Source of the DNA: Candidatus Syntropharchaeum caldarium | GTDB lineage: Archaea; Halobacteriota; Syntropharchaeia; Syntropharchaeales; Syntropharchaeaceae | Direction of reading: 5' to 3' | NCBI GenBank assembly: GCA_001766815.1 | Contig: LYOS01000001.1 | Coordinates: 270,001-302,000 of the forward strand | Length of the DNA stretch: 32,000 nt | Part shown: positions 1-8,360 of the stretch, piece by piece | Layout of the letters: every line of letters begins with the position of its first letter | Numbering within the stretch: the first letter of the stretch is position 1 | Translations under genes and position numbers: made by a program | The notes under the pieces: generated by a model | What the model saw: the letters and a program-made list of their open reading frames with translations, nothing else | The model's database searches: none | What the model was told of the DNA's origin: nothing

Positions 1-522
1 ATCGCCCTCAAAAGATGTCCATGCGCACCCAATCTCAAAACCTGCGTGTGCATCACTCCCGCCAACAGTGGCAATTTCTTCCCGTCGTCCAAATGCTGCC
101 GCCTCTCTGTTGAATCTATCAAGAACACACCTTGCATTTATCGCCTCGATCGCGTCAATTCTGTCTCTGAATCGAGAAGGATCAATTCCCTTTCTGAACC
201 GATCGAATGGATGAGGCACAATTACTATTCCACCCTGATCTTTTATCGCGTCAATCACCTCTTCGGTGCGATTTGATCCATCGATCTCTTCTGTTAAAAA
301 TAACCCGATAACCTCTCCATGATCTGTTGCAAACTCACATCCACAGATTATCTCAAGATCAGGGACCTTAAGGCGTTCTGCAAGCGTTCCACCTCTTATT
401 GTGTTGTGATCTGTTATTGCAATGCCATCAAGCCCCTGCCTCAATGCAATCTCGATAATCTCTTCAATCTCAAGCCTGCCATCTGGTGAATACTTCGAGT
501 GGATGTGAAGATCGTATCTCAT
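1..522 (-). CDS. PHP-domain metal-dependent phosphoesterase (3' end runs off the window)
   Basis: Absent from the ORF track because it is open at the window edge. Hand translation of the minus strand from the ATG at 522-520 gives 174 codons with no stop down to base 1: MRYDLHIHSKYSPDGRLEIEEIIEIALRQGLDGIAITDHNTIRGG...VPHPFDRF...GGSDAHAGFEIG. The HxH, ITDHN and SDAH motifs are typical PHP-family metal ligands. The start overlaps the upstream gene's stop in an ATGA (519-522). Confidence 0.75.
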   Translation of the reverse strand, partial: MRYDLHIHSKYSPDGRLEIEEIIEIALRQGLDGIAITDHNTIRGGTLAERLKVPDLEIICGCEFATDHGEVIGLFLTEEIDGSNRTEEVIDAIKDQGGIVIVPHPFDRFRKGIDPSRFRDRIDAIEAINARCVLDRFNREAAAFGRREEIATVGGSDAHAGFEIGCAWTSFEGD

Positions 523-1610
523 AGGCGTATCTGATCAGATGGAAAGTTAGTAAGGTTCTCAGATCCGTTTGCTCGCACAAGAATCATATCCTCGATCCTG
601 ACACCACCCACAGACGGAATGTAAAGTCCTGGTTCAATCGTTATGACATTTCCGGCCTGGAGTGTATATTCGTTTTCACCGATAACGGGATCTTCATGGA
701 GCGACAACCCAACACCATGACCTGTCAAATGTATAAAACCCGATCTTGACTTTTTCCGGAGTGTTCCATACCCCCTTGCTTCAAACGTGTCATTGACAGT
801 ACTGTGTATCTCTGAAGCGTCAACACCTGCCTTTACCATTCCAATTGCACGCTTTTTTGCATCAAGCACCGTCTCATACATCTCGAGCACCTCTTTTGCA
901 GGCTCACCCACGAGAACTGTTCTTGTCATATCTGCGTGGTAACGAGTGCGCATATCACGTGGAAATATATCGATAACGATCGGTTCATTCAACAATAGCT
1001 TGCCTGAGCCTGTTGAGTGGGGGTCTGCTGCATCTCTCCCGCATGCCACGATCGGTTCCTCTGACTCACAACCCTCATCTATCAGAATATGCAGGATCTT
1101 CTTTTTCACCATCTCTGAGGTCAGAAGACCATCTCGCATCTTTGATGAGCCGATGAGTTCAATTGCAGCCTTCATGGCGATCGTTGTTGCCTGCTGTACG
1201 CTTTTTATCGATTCAATCTCATCCTCGCGCTTTACCGCCCTCTGTTCTTTCATCAGATCTGAAATAATAAGTTTTATCCCGGCATCGCGTAGTTTGTCGC
1301 CAAGATAGATCGAAAAGTTCTTTTCCACGAAAACATCACTGAGACCCTTTTCTTCAAGGAGTTTCACGATCACAGACCCGATATCATGATGCTTTACGTC
1401 AGCGTAGTCTGAGATTGAGCGTACATCTTTGATGCGTGACTCTTTCTCTGCTCGACCAAATTCAAGGGTGGAGACGATAATTATTTCTTCATCCTTCCCA
1501 TCGCCAAGATAGATAAATGGGTCTGCTGCGAGAAAGTGTGTGAGGTAATACATATTCTGGTTGTGGATGCTATCTCCAAACAGGAGCATCCATTTTCTTT
1601 CTTTGCTCAT
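519..1610 (-). CDS. M24-family Xaa-Pro aminopeptidase/dipeptidase (creatinase/prolidase fold)
   Basis: 363-aa ORF. The C-terminal half carries M24 metal-ligand motifs (DIFPRDMRTRYHADMTRT, HLTGHGVGLSLHEDP, ITIEPGLY, GGVRIEDMILV). ATGA start/stop overlaps at both ends (1607-1610 and 519-522) indicate translational coupling. Confidence 0.85.
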   Translation of the reverse strand: MSKERKWMLLFGDSIHNQNMYYLTHFLAADPFIYLGDGKDEEIIIVSTLEFGRAEKESRIKDVRSISDYADVKHHDIGSVIVKLLEEKGLSDVFVEKNFSIYLGDKLRDAGIKLIISDLMKEQRAVKREDEIESIKSVQQATTIAMKAAIELIGSSKMRDGLLTSEMVKKKILHILIDEGCESEEPIVACGRDAADPHSTGSGKLLLNEPIVIDIFPRDMRTRYHADMTRTVLVGEPAKEVLEMYETVLDAKKRAIGMVKAGVDASEIHSTVNDTFEARGYGTLRKKSRSGFIHLTGHGVGLSLHEDPVIGENEYTLQAGNVITIEPGLYIPSVGGVRIEDMILVRANGSENLTNFPSDQIRL

Positions 1611-2209
1611 ATGTGATCCAGCCTGACTCTTTTTAGTTCGTAGTTTAAAAGATCGATCTTTATCGCATCCGGGGCAAAAAGTGGATGCCCTATCCCTGTT
1701 AAAAGTTTGACCGCTTCAAACGACTGGATCGATCGCATCATAGAGGTCAAAGAAGGGTTTAGAATGATCGGATCCGGTATATCCACCTCCTCAAAGCGCA
1801 TGCCATCTGGCAGGAATGTGGTAATAAGTCCTGCGGTTATAAATGGAATGCCGAGCTCCCGTGTTGCAATTGCGGCACGTCTCTGATTGCAGAATCCGAT
1901 CACAAGATCTACGCCACGCAGTTCATGCTTGAACTCATCAACGGTATCTGGCATCTTTCTCACCTTTATGCATATCTTCTCAGTGAGTGGTTTGTACGTG
2001 GCGAACCTTCCGAGATCCTCTTTTTTGAAGAAAGTATCCATGTAGATGTGATTTAACTCAACTACAACGTCGAGTACCCTTATCTCCTTGAAATACCACC
2101 GCTGGAGAAGTTCCACGATGACCCCACCACCGATAACGCCCACTCGTGCATTCTTGAGATAGTGTAGCTGCTTCGGTGTTAGGCTTGAGACAAACTCCTT
2201 CTCATACAT
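1607..2209 (-). CDS. Rossmann-fold protein, ThiF/E1-like (function uncertain)
   Basis: The ORF-track entry 1607..2266 is trimmed to the internal ATG at 2209 (MYEKEFVSS...) because the first 19 codons overlap a tRNA. A Shine-Dalgarno AGGAGA lies 7 nt upstream of 2209. The glycine-rich loop ARVGVIGGGVIVELL suggests a dinucleotide-binding fold. I could not assign a family. Confidence 0.5.
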   Translation of the reverse strand: MYEKEFVSSLTPKQLHYLKNARVGVIGGGVIVELLQRWYFKEIRVLDVVVELNHIYMDTFFKKEDLGRFATYKPLTEKICIKVRKMPDTVDEFKHELRGVDLVIGFCNQRRAAIATRELGIPFITAGLITTFLPDGMRFEEVDIPDPIILNPSLTSMMRSIQSFEAVKLLTGIGHPLFAPDAIKIDLLNYELKRVRLDHI

Positions 2210-2229
2210 CGTGTATCTCCTGAAAGGGA

Positions 2230-2301
2230 TGGACCGGTCGGGATTTGAACCCGAGGCCTCTACCATGCCAAGGTAGCGATCTACCCCTGATCTACCGGCC
2301 C
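2230..2301 (-). tRNA. tRNA-Ala (anticodon GGC)
   Basis: The minus-strand sequence GGGCCGGTAGATCAGGGGTAGATCGCTACCTTGGCATGGTAGAGGCCTCGGGTTCAAATCCCGACCGGTCCA folds by hand into a 72-nt cloverleaf. It has a 7-bp acceptor stem with the G3:U70 alanine identity pair, a GATC/GATC D stem, a CTACC/GGTAG anticodon stem, the loop TTGGCAT and a TCGGG/CCCGA T stem with TTCAAAT. CCA is not encoded. Confidence 0.92.
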
Positions 2302-2311
2302 TTTGATGGGA

Positions 2312-3922
2312 TTACGCACCCATCACCTGTTCACGCTCTTTGAAGAGATCGACGATCTTCTCTGGTGGACCGATCTCAATGAGCTTCCCCCCACTCATCA
2401 GTATCGCACGATCGCAGACTCGTTTCACAAAGTCTGTGTCATGGGACATGATGATGTAGGTCTGATTTAACTCTTTCCTTGACCGGAGGATCGCTTTTAT
2501 TACATCGTTCAGTGTGATTGGGTCGATTGTGCCTGTTGGTTCATCCAGGATCAGGATTTCTGGCTCGGTCATAAGCCCCCGTGCAAGGGCTATCCTGTGC
2601 TGCTCACCGACACCAAGCTCATCTGGCATTGCATCCAGAATGCTATCGATTTTATTTTCATCAAATCCAACCATCTTCAGGATCTCGCCTGCCTTCATAC
2701 GTGCGATCTCTGCTGGCAGCTTGATTCCGATCGAGTCAGTCAGATTTTTAACAACGGTGCTGTGCGGGTAAAGCCCATATTCCTGATGAAGTATAGAGAT
2801 GTAGGGGGTTGCCCTTCCTCGCCCATATTCACCAGGTATGTTCATATCGATCCAGTCGTCCCCGATGCGCACCAAAATCCTACCCGAGGATGTTGTCTGC
2901 AGCCCTGCAATCATCTTGCCAAGTGTGGTTTTTCCTGCACCGCTCACACCAACGATCCCGAATATCTCACCCTCGTTGATCGTCAGATTAAGATTGCTGA
3001 CTGCATGAACCATGCCACCACGATCCGCAACATAGAAGCTCTTGCTACAATTTTCTATCTTCACCTTCGGCAGTTCAGAAACAACCGCCCCCCGCTCAAA
3101 CTCCTCCTGATCGCCCATGAGCATGCCAGATATATCAGTTGTCCTGCCAGCAGCAATGATCTTTCCATCCTGCAGGACAATTCCGTGATCGGTCAGTTCT
3201 TCGAGTGCATGCAACCAGTGAGATGTTACGACCATTGTCATTCCATTCTCAATCTCCTGCCTGAGGACACGGTGGACGGTATCAGCGGTGATCGGATCGA
3301 GCGTGCCTGTTGGTTCATCAGCATAAAGTGTGATCGGATCGAGTGCGAGCGCTCTTGCAAGCACCACCCGTTGTTTTTCACCACCGCTGAGATCCCTTGC
3401 AATGTGAAGACTCCTGTGAACAAGTTCAACACGCTTTAAAAGCTGCATTATCTTCAAAACACGCTTTTCTTTTGGATAATTGATATCTTTGAGTGCTTCC
3501 TCGATATTCCTGATGACGGGCGACTCGCCATAGATTGCGAACGTGCGCTGGGTCATCATTGAGAGGCGATTGTGGAGGTTATGATAAAGCTGTTTGTCAC
3601 AGCCCCAGAGGTCTATTTCTTTGTACTCAAGTATCCTGCCACACTTTGGACACGCTTCTCCTACCCTGCTCGGTGGTTCAATCCATCCACATTCACTATG
3701 GGGGCATATCGCAACGTTATAGATGATGCTTCCTTTTTCTGGTTTGTATTCTTTTGTACCACGCATTGCATGCATCAAAACAGACTTACCTGATCCGCTT
3801 TTTCCAAGTATCCCAAAACCTTCACCCTCTCTAATCGTAAAATTAATATCATCAAGGACCGGTGAATCTCCCATCTGGATGTGCAATCCTTCGACCCTGA
3901 TAAAATCATTATTTTTTGACAT
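2312..3922 (-). CDS. atwA: Methyl-coenzyme M reductase system component A2 (tandem ABC ATPase)
   Basis: 536 aa with two ABC ATPase domains (Walker A GKSGSGKS and GVSGAGKT; signatures LSGGEKQR and LGVGEQHR). The first domain contains a Cys-rich insertion (CPHSECGW...CPKCG). From memory, size and layout match the component A2 family (TIGR03269). A GGAGGA Shine-Dalgarno sits upstream. Confidence 0.72.
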   Translation of the reverse strand: MSKNNDFIRVEGLHIQMGDSPVLDDINFTIREGEGFGILGKSGSGKSVLMHAMRGTKEYKPEKGSIIYNVAICPHSECGWIEPPSRVGEACPKCGRILEYKEIDLWGCDKQLYHNLHNRLSMMTQRTFAIYGESPVIRNIEEALKDINYPKEKRVLKIMQLLKRVELVHRSLHIARDLSGGEKQRVVLARALALDPITLYADEPTGTLDPITADTVHRVLRQEIENGMTMVVTSHWLHALEELTDHGIVLQDGKIIAAGRTTDISGMLMGDQEEFERGAVVSELPKVKIENCSKSFYVADRGGMVHAVSNLNLTINEGEIFGIVGVSGAGKTTLGKMIAGLQTTSSGRILVRIGDDWIDMNIPGEYGRGRATPYISILHQEYGLYPHSTVVKNLTDSIGIKLPAEIARMKAGEILKMVGFDENKIDSILDAMPDELGVGEQHRIALARGLMTEPEILILDEPTGTIDPITLNDVIKAILRSRKELNQTYIIMSHDTDFVKRVCDRAILMSGGKLIEIGPPEKIVDLFKEREQVMGA

Positions 3923-3964
3923 TCAAAAGTCCTCCATCTATTCACCAAAAATAACAGGAAAGTT

Positions 3965-3980
3965 CTACATAAACTTTTGG
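3965..3980 (-). promoter_or_regulatory. Candidate BRE/TATA promoter for atwA
   Basis: The minus strand reads CCAAAAGTTTATGTAG about 45 nt upstream of the ATG at 3922. It matches the AAAA-N-TTTAT core seen upstream of other genes in this window. Confidence 0.4.
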
Positions 3981-4016
3981 ATTTATCTCGATTCACAACC
4001 CAATTGGAAGGTTCTT

Positions 4017-4033
4017 CAAAAGATATTTATACC
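4017..4033 (+). promoter_or_regulatory. Candidate BRE/TATA promoter for the LeuA/CimA-family gene (possibly leaderless)
   Basis: CAAAAGATATTTATACC. The ATG at 4055 lies about 25 nt downstream of the TATA element, where an archaeal transcription start is expected, and no Shine-Dalgarno lies between them. Confidence 0.45.
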
Positions 4034-4054
4034 GCCACGGTGAACTAATCCAGT

Positions 4055-5531
4055 ATGAGGGATCGCTTTATTTGTTGAATCTGTCAGATTCTTTGATACA
4101 ACACTAAGAGACGGTGAACAGACACCCGGTGTTACACTGGTCGCAGAGGATAAGGTCAAAATCGCAACAGCTCTTGCAGATATCGGTGTCGATGTGATAG
4201 AAGCAGGTTCTGCTGCAACATCAGCCGGGGAGCGGGATGGAATCAAAGCAGTGGTTGAAGCGGATCTTGGTTGCGAGATCTCGACCTTCACACGAATGCT
4301 GAAAAAGGACGTGGACTATGCCCTGGAGTGTGATGTGGATTCGATACACCTTGTTGTGCCCGTATCAGATCTTCACATAAAAGAGAAGCTCAGAAAGGAT
4401 CGGGATTATGTGATTGCTGTTGCAGGAGAGGTTGCTGATTATGCAAGAGATCATGGGCTGCTCGTTGAACTTAGCGGAGAAGATGCGTCAAGAGCAGATC
4501 TGGGATTTGTGGGTGAGCTTTTTAGAACCGTTAAATCCGATCGGATTTGCTTCTGTGATACCGTTGGAATTCTCACGCCTGAACGGGTCGATGAGGTGGT
4601 CGATGCACTCAAGGGGATTGCCCCGCTCAATCTTCACTGTCACAACGATCTTGGACTTGCAACTGCGAACTCTGTGAGGGCGATCCTCAAAGGTGCAAAT
4701 GGGGTTCATGTAACGGTCAATGGGATTGGAGAGCGTGCTGGAAACGCCTCGCTCGAAGAGGTTGTCATGGTACTAAAGAAACTCTATGGTATTGAGACTG
4801 ATATCAAAACTGAGCACCTTTATCACCTCTCAACGCTTGTTAGCAGGCTCACAAAGGTGACACCATCTCAAAACAAACCGATCGTCGGTGATAACGCCTT
4901 CACACATGAGTCGGGAATCCACGTCCATGCGATAATGGCGGATAGCGCAACATACGAGCCAATAAACCCAGAAGAAGTTGGAAGAAAGCGTAGATTCGTC
5001 TTCGGAAAGCATACTGGGCGAAAGTCAATCGAGATGGCAGTGAAAGAGCTTGGAATAGATGCAGATACAGATGAACTGGATGAGATACTTCAGCGGGTGA
5101 AGGAACTTGGGGATCTTGGTAAGCGAGTGACAGATGCAGACCTTCAGGTTATTGCAGAAGCGGTTACAGGTGTTACAAGAGATCCAAAAGTGATACTGGA
5201 GGATCTTACAGTTGTTTCAGGCAATCGGATAACCCCTACTGCATCGGTGAGGTTACTGATCGACAGAACGGAGGTGCTCGAGGCGGGAACTGGTGATGGG
5301 CCTGTCGATGCTGCGATGAATGCACTTCGGCGTGCACTTGGGAATATGGCAGAGTTCAAGCTTGAACAGTACCATGTAGATGCAATAAGTGGTGGAACGG
5401 ATGCGCTTGTTGAGGTCAGGGTCACGTTGAGCAAGGGTGACCGTGTGATAACTGCAAGTGGGGCACGTACGGACATAATAATGGCATCACTTGATGCGAT
5501 GATTGAGGGGATAAATAGACTCTATCGGTGA
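4055..5531 (+). CDS. 2-isopropylmalate / (R)-citramalate synthase family (LeuA/CimA) with a frame break near the 5' end
   Basis: The ORF-track entry 4194..5531 starts at a GTG. The same frame stays open back to 4059 and there encodes the essential N-terminal motif VRFFDTTLRDGEQTPGV. Other family features are HCHNDLGLATANS, HESGIH and a C-terminal LeuA-dimer-like region. The only upstream ATG (4055) is in another frame and stops at 4076-4078. Removing one T from the T-runs at 4067-4073 would give MRDRFIVESVRFFDTTLRDGEQ. Confidence 0.8.
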
Positions 5532-5550
5532 GTTTTCTTCCCGCCTGAGG

Positions 5551-5565
5551 AAAAACTATTTATTC
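5551..5565 (+). promoter_or_regulatory. Candidate BRE/TATA promoter for the PRC-barrel gene
   Basis: AAAAACTATTTATTC lies 36 nt upstream of the ATG at 5601. Confidence 0.35.
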
Positions 5566-5600
5566 ACGTCTGCAGTGTATGGTAATAGTGGGGTTTTAGA

Positions 5601-5861
5601 ATGCAGATTGAGCTTACAAATCTCTATGGGCTTAACGTCTACACAGATCGTGGTGTTAGAGTTGGTCAGGTGAACGATGTTGCGATTGATGTCAACGAAC
5701 GCAAAGTCTCTGGTATCGCAGTTGGAAATGTGAACCGAGATCTATTTGACATAGGCGGGGAAAGAGGTATCATAATACCGCATCGCTGGATCGTAGCGGT
5801 CGGTGATATCGTACTCGTACGACACATGAGTATGAGGGTGGAGAACGAAGCTACGACATAG
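5601..5861 (+). CDS. PRC-barrel domain protein
   Basis: 86 aa. The pattern LYGLNVYTDRGVRVGQVNDVAIDVNERKVSGIAV...IIIPHRWIVAVGDIVLV is typical of small archaeal PRC-barrel proteins. Confidence 0.7.
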   Translation: MQIELTNLYGLNVYTDRGVRVGQVNDVAIDVNERKVSGIAVGNVNRDLFDIGGERGIIIPHRWIVAVGDIVLVRHMSMRVENEATT

Positions 5862-5917
5862 TATACATTCTGATCGTCTTCGAGTGAGGTAACAGCGGGC
5901 GTACTAATTTTCTAAAG

Positions 5918-8209
5918 TTATTGCACTTTGATTCTAAGATATACCACCCCGACAAGCCCGGCCAAAATCAGACCGATAACGATAAGCACCACAGACCAGC
6001 TCATATGAGGCATTTCTGGTTTTTCACTGATTCCATCTGCTACTGCGGTCGCTGTCGGAGTGGCTGAGGCAGTAGCTGTAGGTGTAGGAGTCCAGGCAGG
6101 CGTAGACGTTGGTGCTGGAGTAGAGGTCACAATGGGAGTTGGTACAACAATATTGAACGTATCTGTATCTGTGTGTCCATTTTGATCATCCACCTCCACG
6201 GTGTAGGTGCCTGTTACAGCTTCCAGGGTCTCAAAGACTGCCATGAATCTGCCATTTTTAACTTCAGCGAGCTTTTTTCCAAGATCCATTGTACCATAGA
6301 CTCTGACCGCAACCGAGTACCCCTCTCTATTTGAAGATCCTGTTACAACTATATCATCGCCGATCACAACATCATCGATCGGATCAAGCTCAACCGAACT
6401 CTCCCTAACCTCAATCTCAATCATCTTCATGATGTCATCGCTTCCAGCTCCTGAGGTTATATCCCTTATTATCGCATCAAGCTCATCCTGCATCTTTCCG
6501 GCTAAGTTCATAAGATCTCCGCCGGCATATCTATCCTTTAGACCATCAAGAAGATAGGATGATCCTGTTCTACCATAGACCCCATCTTTTCCAGGAACAA
6601 GGACAAAGATAAGATATTCTCCCTCGTCTGCATCATCCTGAATATCGATCTCAAACGAGAACCTGCTATCTTCATCTGATGTTGATTCGATGTAGTGTGT
6701 GATCCCAGTTGGGAGTCCATCGAGACCTGAATCAGAAGGATTTAAACCATCTCCACCACCACCCTCAGGCGAGATCGCAATGAGATCAACAGCATCAAAG
6801 CCCGGTGCATAACCTGTGAGCTTCAGTGTATCACCGCGTGCGATAAGTGAAGGGTGATCATCCAGACTCAGATCTCCTTCAACCATCGTAACGATACCCA
6901 TGCCATCCTCGCTCAGATCTTTCACATTATCGCCCACCGCAAGCCCTTCATCGATGAATACGCGAATTTCAATATCACCCTCTACGGTTGTCCCATGTGT
7001 CTGGGGCGTTGGAAGTTCCTCACTGAACCTTCCGCTGCTATCAACCGGGATATCGGTCATAACAACAAGATCCTCGATCGCTATGTCAACCGTATTTCCA
7101 GCATTAACTGTCCCGTTGATCCTGAGATCCTCACCGATCACACAGGTATCTGGTAGATCCAGAACTGCCTTCTTTTTAACAACCGATACATCCAGAGAAT
7201 CCATCTCACCGCTCGTTAAATCCTGAACCTCAATCGTGTATGAGCCAGACCTCGTAAAGTAGATTGAGTACACATTCTCACCATCAACATCATCAAGCTC
7301 ATCCGTGAAAGACCCGATCATCTCCTCGTGTGGGTTATCATTGACACCCGGTGGGAATATGGCAAACTCACCACCTCTTCCAACCGAGATGTTTATACTA
7401 TTATCAGGCGCACCTGTCACGGTCAGCTTGAACCTCTCAAGTTCTGCAACTTTCTCCCGCTCTGTTTCAAGTTTGATCTCGCTCTTCACAATCTCAAGCT
7501 TCTTTACATCGCTCTTCTCTGAGAACCCCCGTGCGTACTCCTCCTCAGTAAGGATCCTGAACTCATACTCACCAAGATCCCATCCTGTTGTATTTATCAG
7601 AAGATCCTCAAGGTGCTCAACATTCACATGATCGAAGACCGTTCCATCTGCAGGATTTGTCTTTAATATATCGCCTGTTGGATTTTTAACCTCAAGGGTC
7701 ACACCATCATACGGATCTAGTGAATTTTTGAAATCTATCGTGAAACCTGTACCCTGCGGAAGCTTCTTACCAGCGACCGATTTTGTTCCACGCTTGAGAT
7801 CCAGTTTGAAGGATGTACCTGTGACCTTGATCGTTGTGGGTTTGCATCCATCACAATCTGCAGTTGCGTTGTACTTACCTGTCTCCATATCTTCAGTTAC
7901 ATCAGTACCGAGCACACCATCAGCATCCGACTCCTCGCTCTCATCCTCTGCATCCCCGCTCAATCCCTCAAGGTTTACAATTCCACAGGGATAGCCCGTC
8001 TCATTAAAAAAGTGCACCTCCTGACCCTTGATGATCGTTGCATCCTCTCCATCAAGATAGACTGTAACATTATCTTGATTCACTCTGAAGTATGTTCCCT
8101 GGCTCTCTATCACCTGTGTTTCTGGAATTATGGATGCAGATGCCACCATGGGAGTTAACAGTATAAATATTATGATCAAAAGCAATATGGCTCTCTGTAT
8201 TTTTATCAT
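5918..8209 (-). CDS. Large acidic secreted surface protein (S-layer-like) with a Thr/Pro linker and C-terminal membrane anchor
   Basis: 763 aa. It has an N-terminal signal peptide (MIKIQRAILLLIIIFILLTPMVASA) and a very acidic, Asp/Glu/Gly/Thr-rich body. Next come a PTPIVTSTPAPTSTPAWTPTPTATASATPTATA linker, the motif HMSWS, a transmembrane helix and a basic tail. I did not recognise an enzymatic motif. Confidence 0.7.
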   Translation of the reverse strand: MIKIQRAILLLIIIFILLTPMVASASIIPETQVIESQGTYFRVNQDNVTVYLDGEDATIIKGQEVHFFNETGYPCGIVNLEGLSGDAEDESEESDADGVLGTDVTEDMETGKYNATADCDGCKPTTIKVTGTSFKLDLKRGTKSVAGKKLPQGTGFTIDFKNSLDPYDGVTLEVKNPTGDILKTNPADGTVFDHVNVEHLEDLLINTTGWDLGEYEFRILTEEEYARGFSEKSDVKKLEIVKSEIKLETEREKVAELERFKLTVTGAPDNSINISVGRGGEFAIFPPGVNDNPHEEMIGSFTDELDDVDGENVYSIYFTRSGSYTIEVQDLTSGEMDSLDVSVVKKKAVLDLPDTCVIGEDLRINGTVNAGNTVDIAIEDLVVMTDIPVDSSGRFSEELPTPQTHGTTVEGDIEIRVFIDEGLAVGDNVKDLSEDGMGIVTMVEGDLSLDDHPSLIARGDTLKLTGYAPGFDAVDLIAISPEGGGGDGLNPSDSGLDGLPTGITHYIESTSDEDSRFSFEIDIQDDADEGEYLIFVLVPGKDGVYGRTGSSYLLDGLKDRYAGGDLMNLAGKMQDELDAIIRDITSGAGSDDIMKMIEIEVRESSVELDPIDDVVIGDDIVVTGSSNREGYSVAVRVYGTMDLGKKLAEVKNGRFMAVFETLEAVTGTYTVEVDDQNGHTDTDTFNIVVPTPIVTSTPAPTSTPAWTPTPTATASATPTATAVADGISEKPEMPHMSWSVVLIVIGLILAGLVGVVYLRIKVQ

Positions 8210-8255
8210 CTACATACGCCTTCCATTATTTTGTAGAATGGTCTTATACCTCTTT

Positions 8256-8270
8256 ATTAATAAGTTTTTT
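8256..8270 (-). promoter_or_regulatory. Shared promoter cassette, minus-strand copy driving 5918..8209
   Basis: The minus strand reads AAAAAACTTATTAAT 46 nt upstream of the ATG at 8209. It is a mirror-image partner of the plus-strand copy at 8302-8316. Confidence 0.5.
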
Positions 8271-8301
8271 GATTTTAGTAAGATTAAATAAATCATAAAC
8301 C

Positions 8302-8316
8302 AAAAACTTTATTAAT
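8302..8316 (+). promoter_or_regulatory. Shared promoter cassette (BRE/TATA) for the anchored cohesin gene
   Basis: Exact 15-mer AAAAACTTTATTAAT. TAAGAGG starts exactly 26 nt after its last base, followed by a GAGGTG Shine-Dalgarno and the ATG at 8361. Confidence 0.55.
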
Positions 8317-8360
8317 AAAATAGATACGTTTAGAATTATGATAAGAGGTATGAGGTGCTG

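Noticed and set aside
46-276. 76-aa plus-strand ORF at the window start
   Set aside because: It is antisense to the open PHP-domain reading frame, which runs uninterrupted from 522 to base 1 and has conserved metal-ligand motifs.
2210-2266. N-terminal extension of ORF 1607..2266
   Set aside because: The extension reads through the tRNA-Ala gene (2230-2301). The internal ATG at 2209 has a proper Shine-Dalgarno.
2230-2301. tRNA-Ala as the integration site of a genomic island containing the cohesin/transporter cluster
   Set aside because: No integrase is adjacent, I noticed no duplicated tRNA 3' fragment elsewhere in the window, and housekeeping genes separate the tRNA from the island.
2597-3439. 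280-aa plus-strand ORF antisense to atwA
   Set aside because: It is a shadow ORF inside a gene with clear ABC ATPase motifs on the opposite strand, and I recognised no motifs in it. The smaller ORFs at 2514-2771, 3535-3726, 3572-3793 and 3723-4043 are rejected for the same reason.
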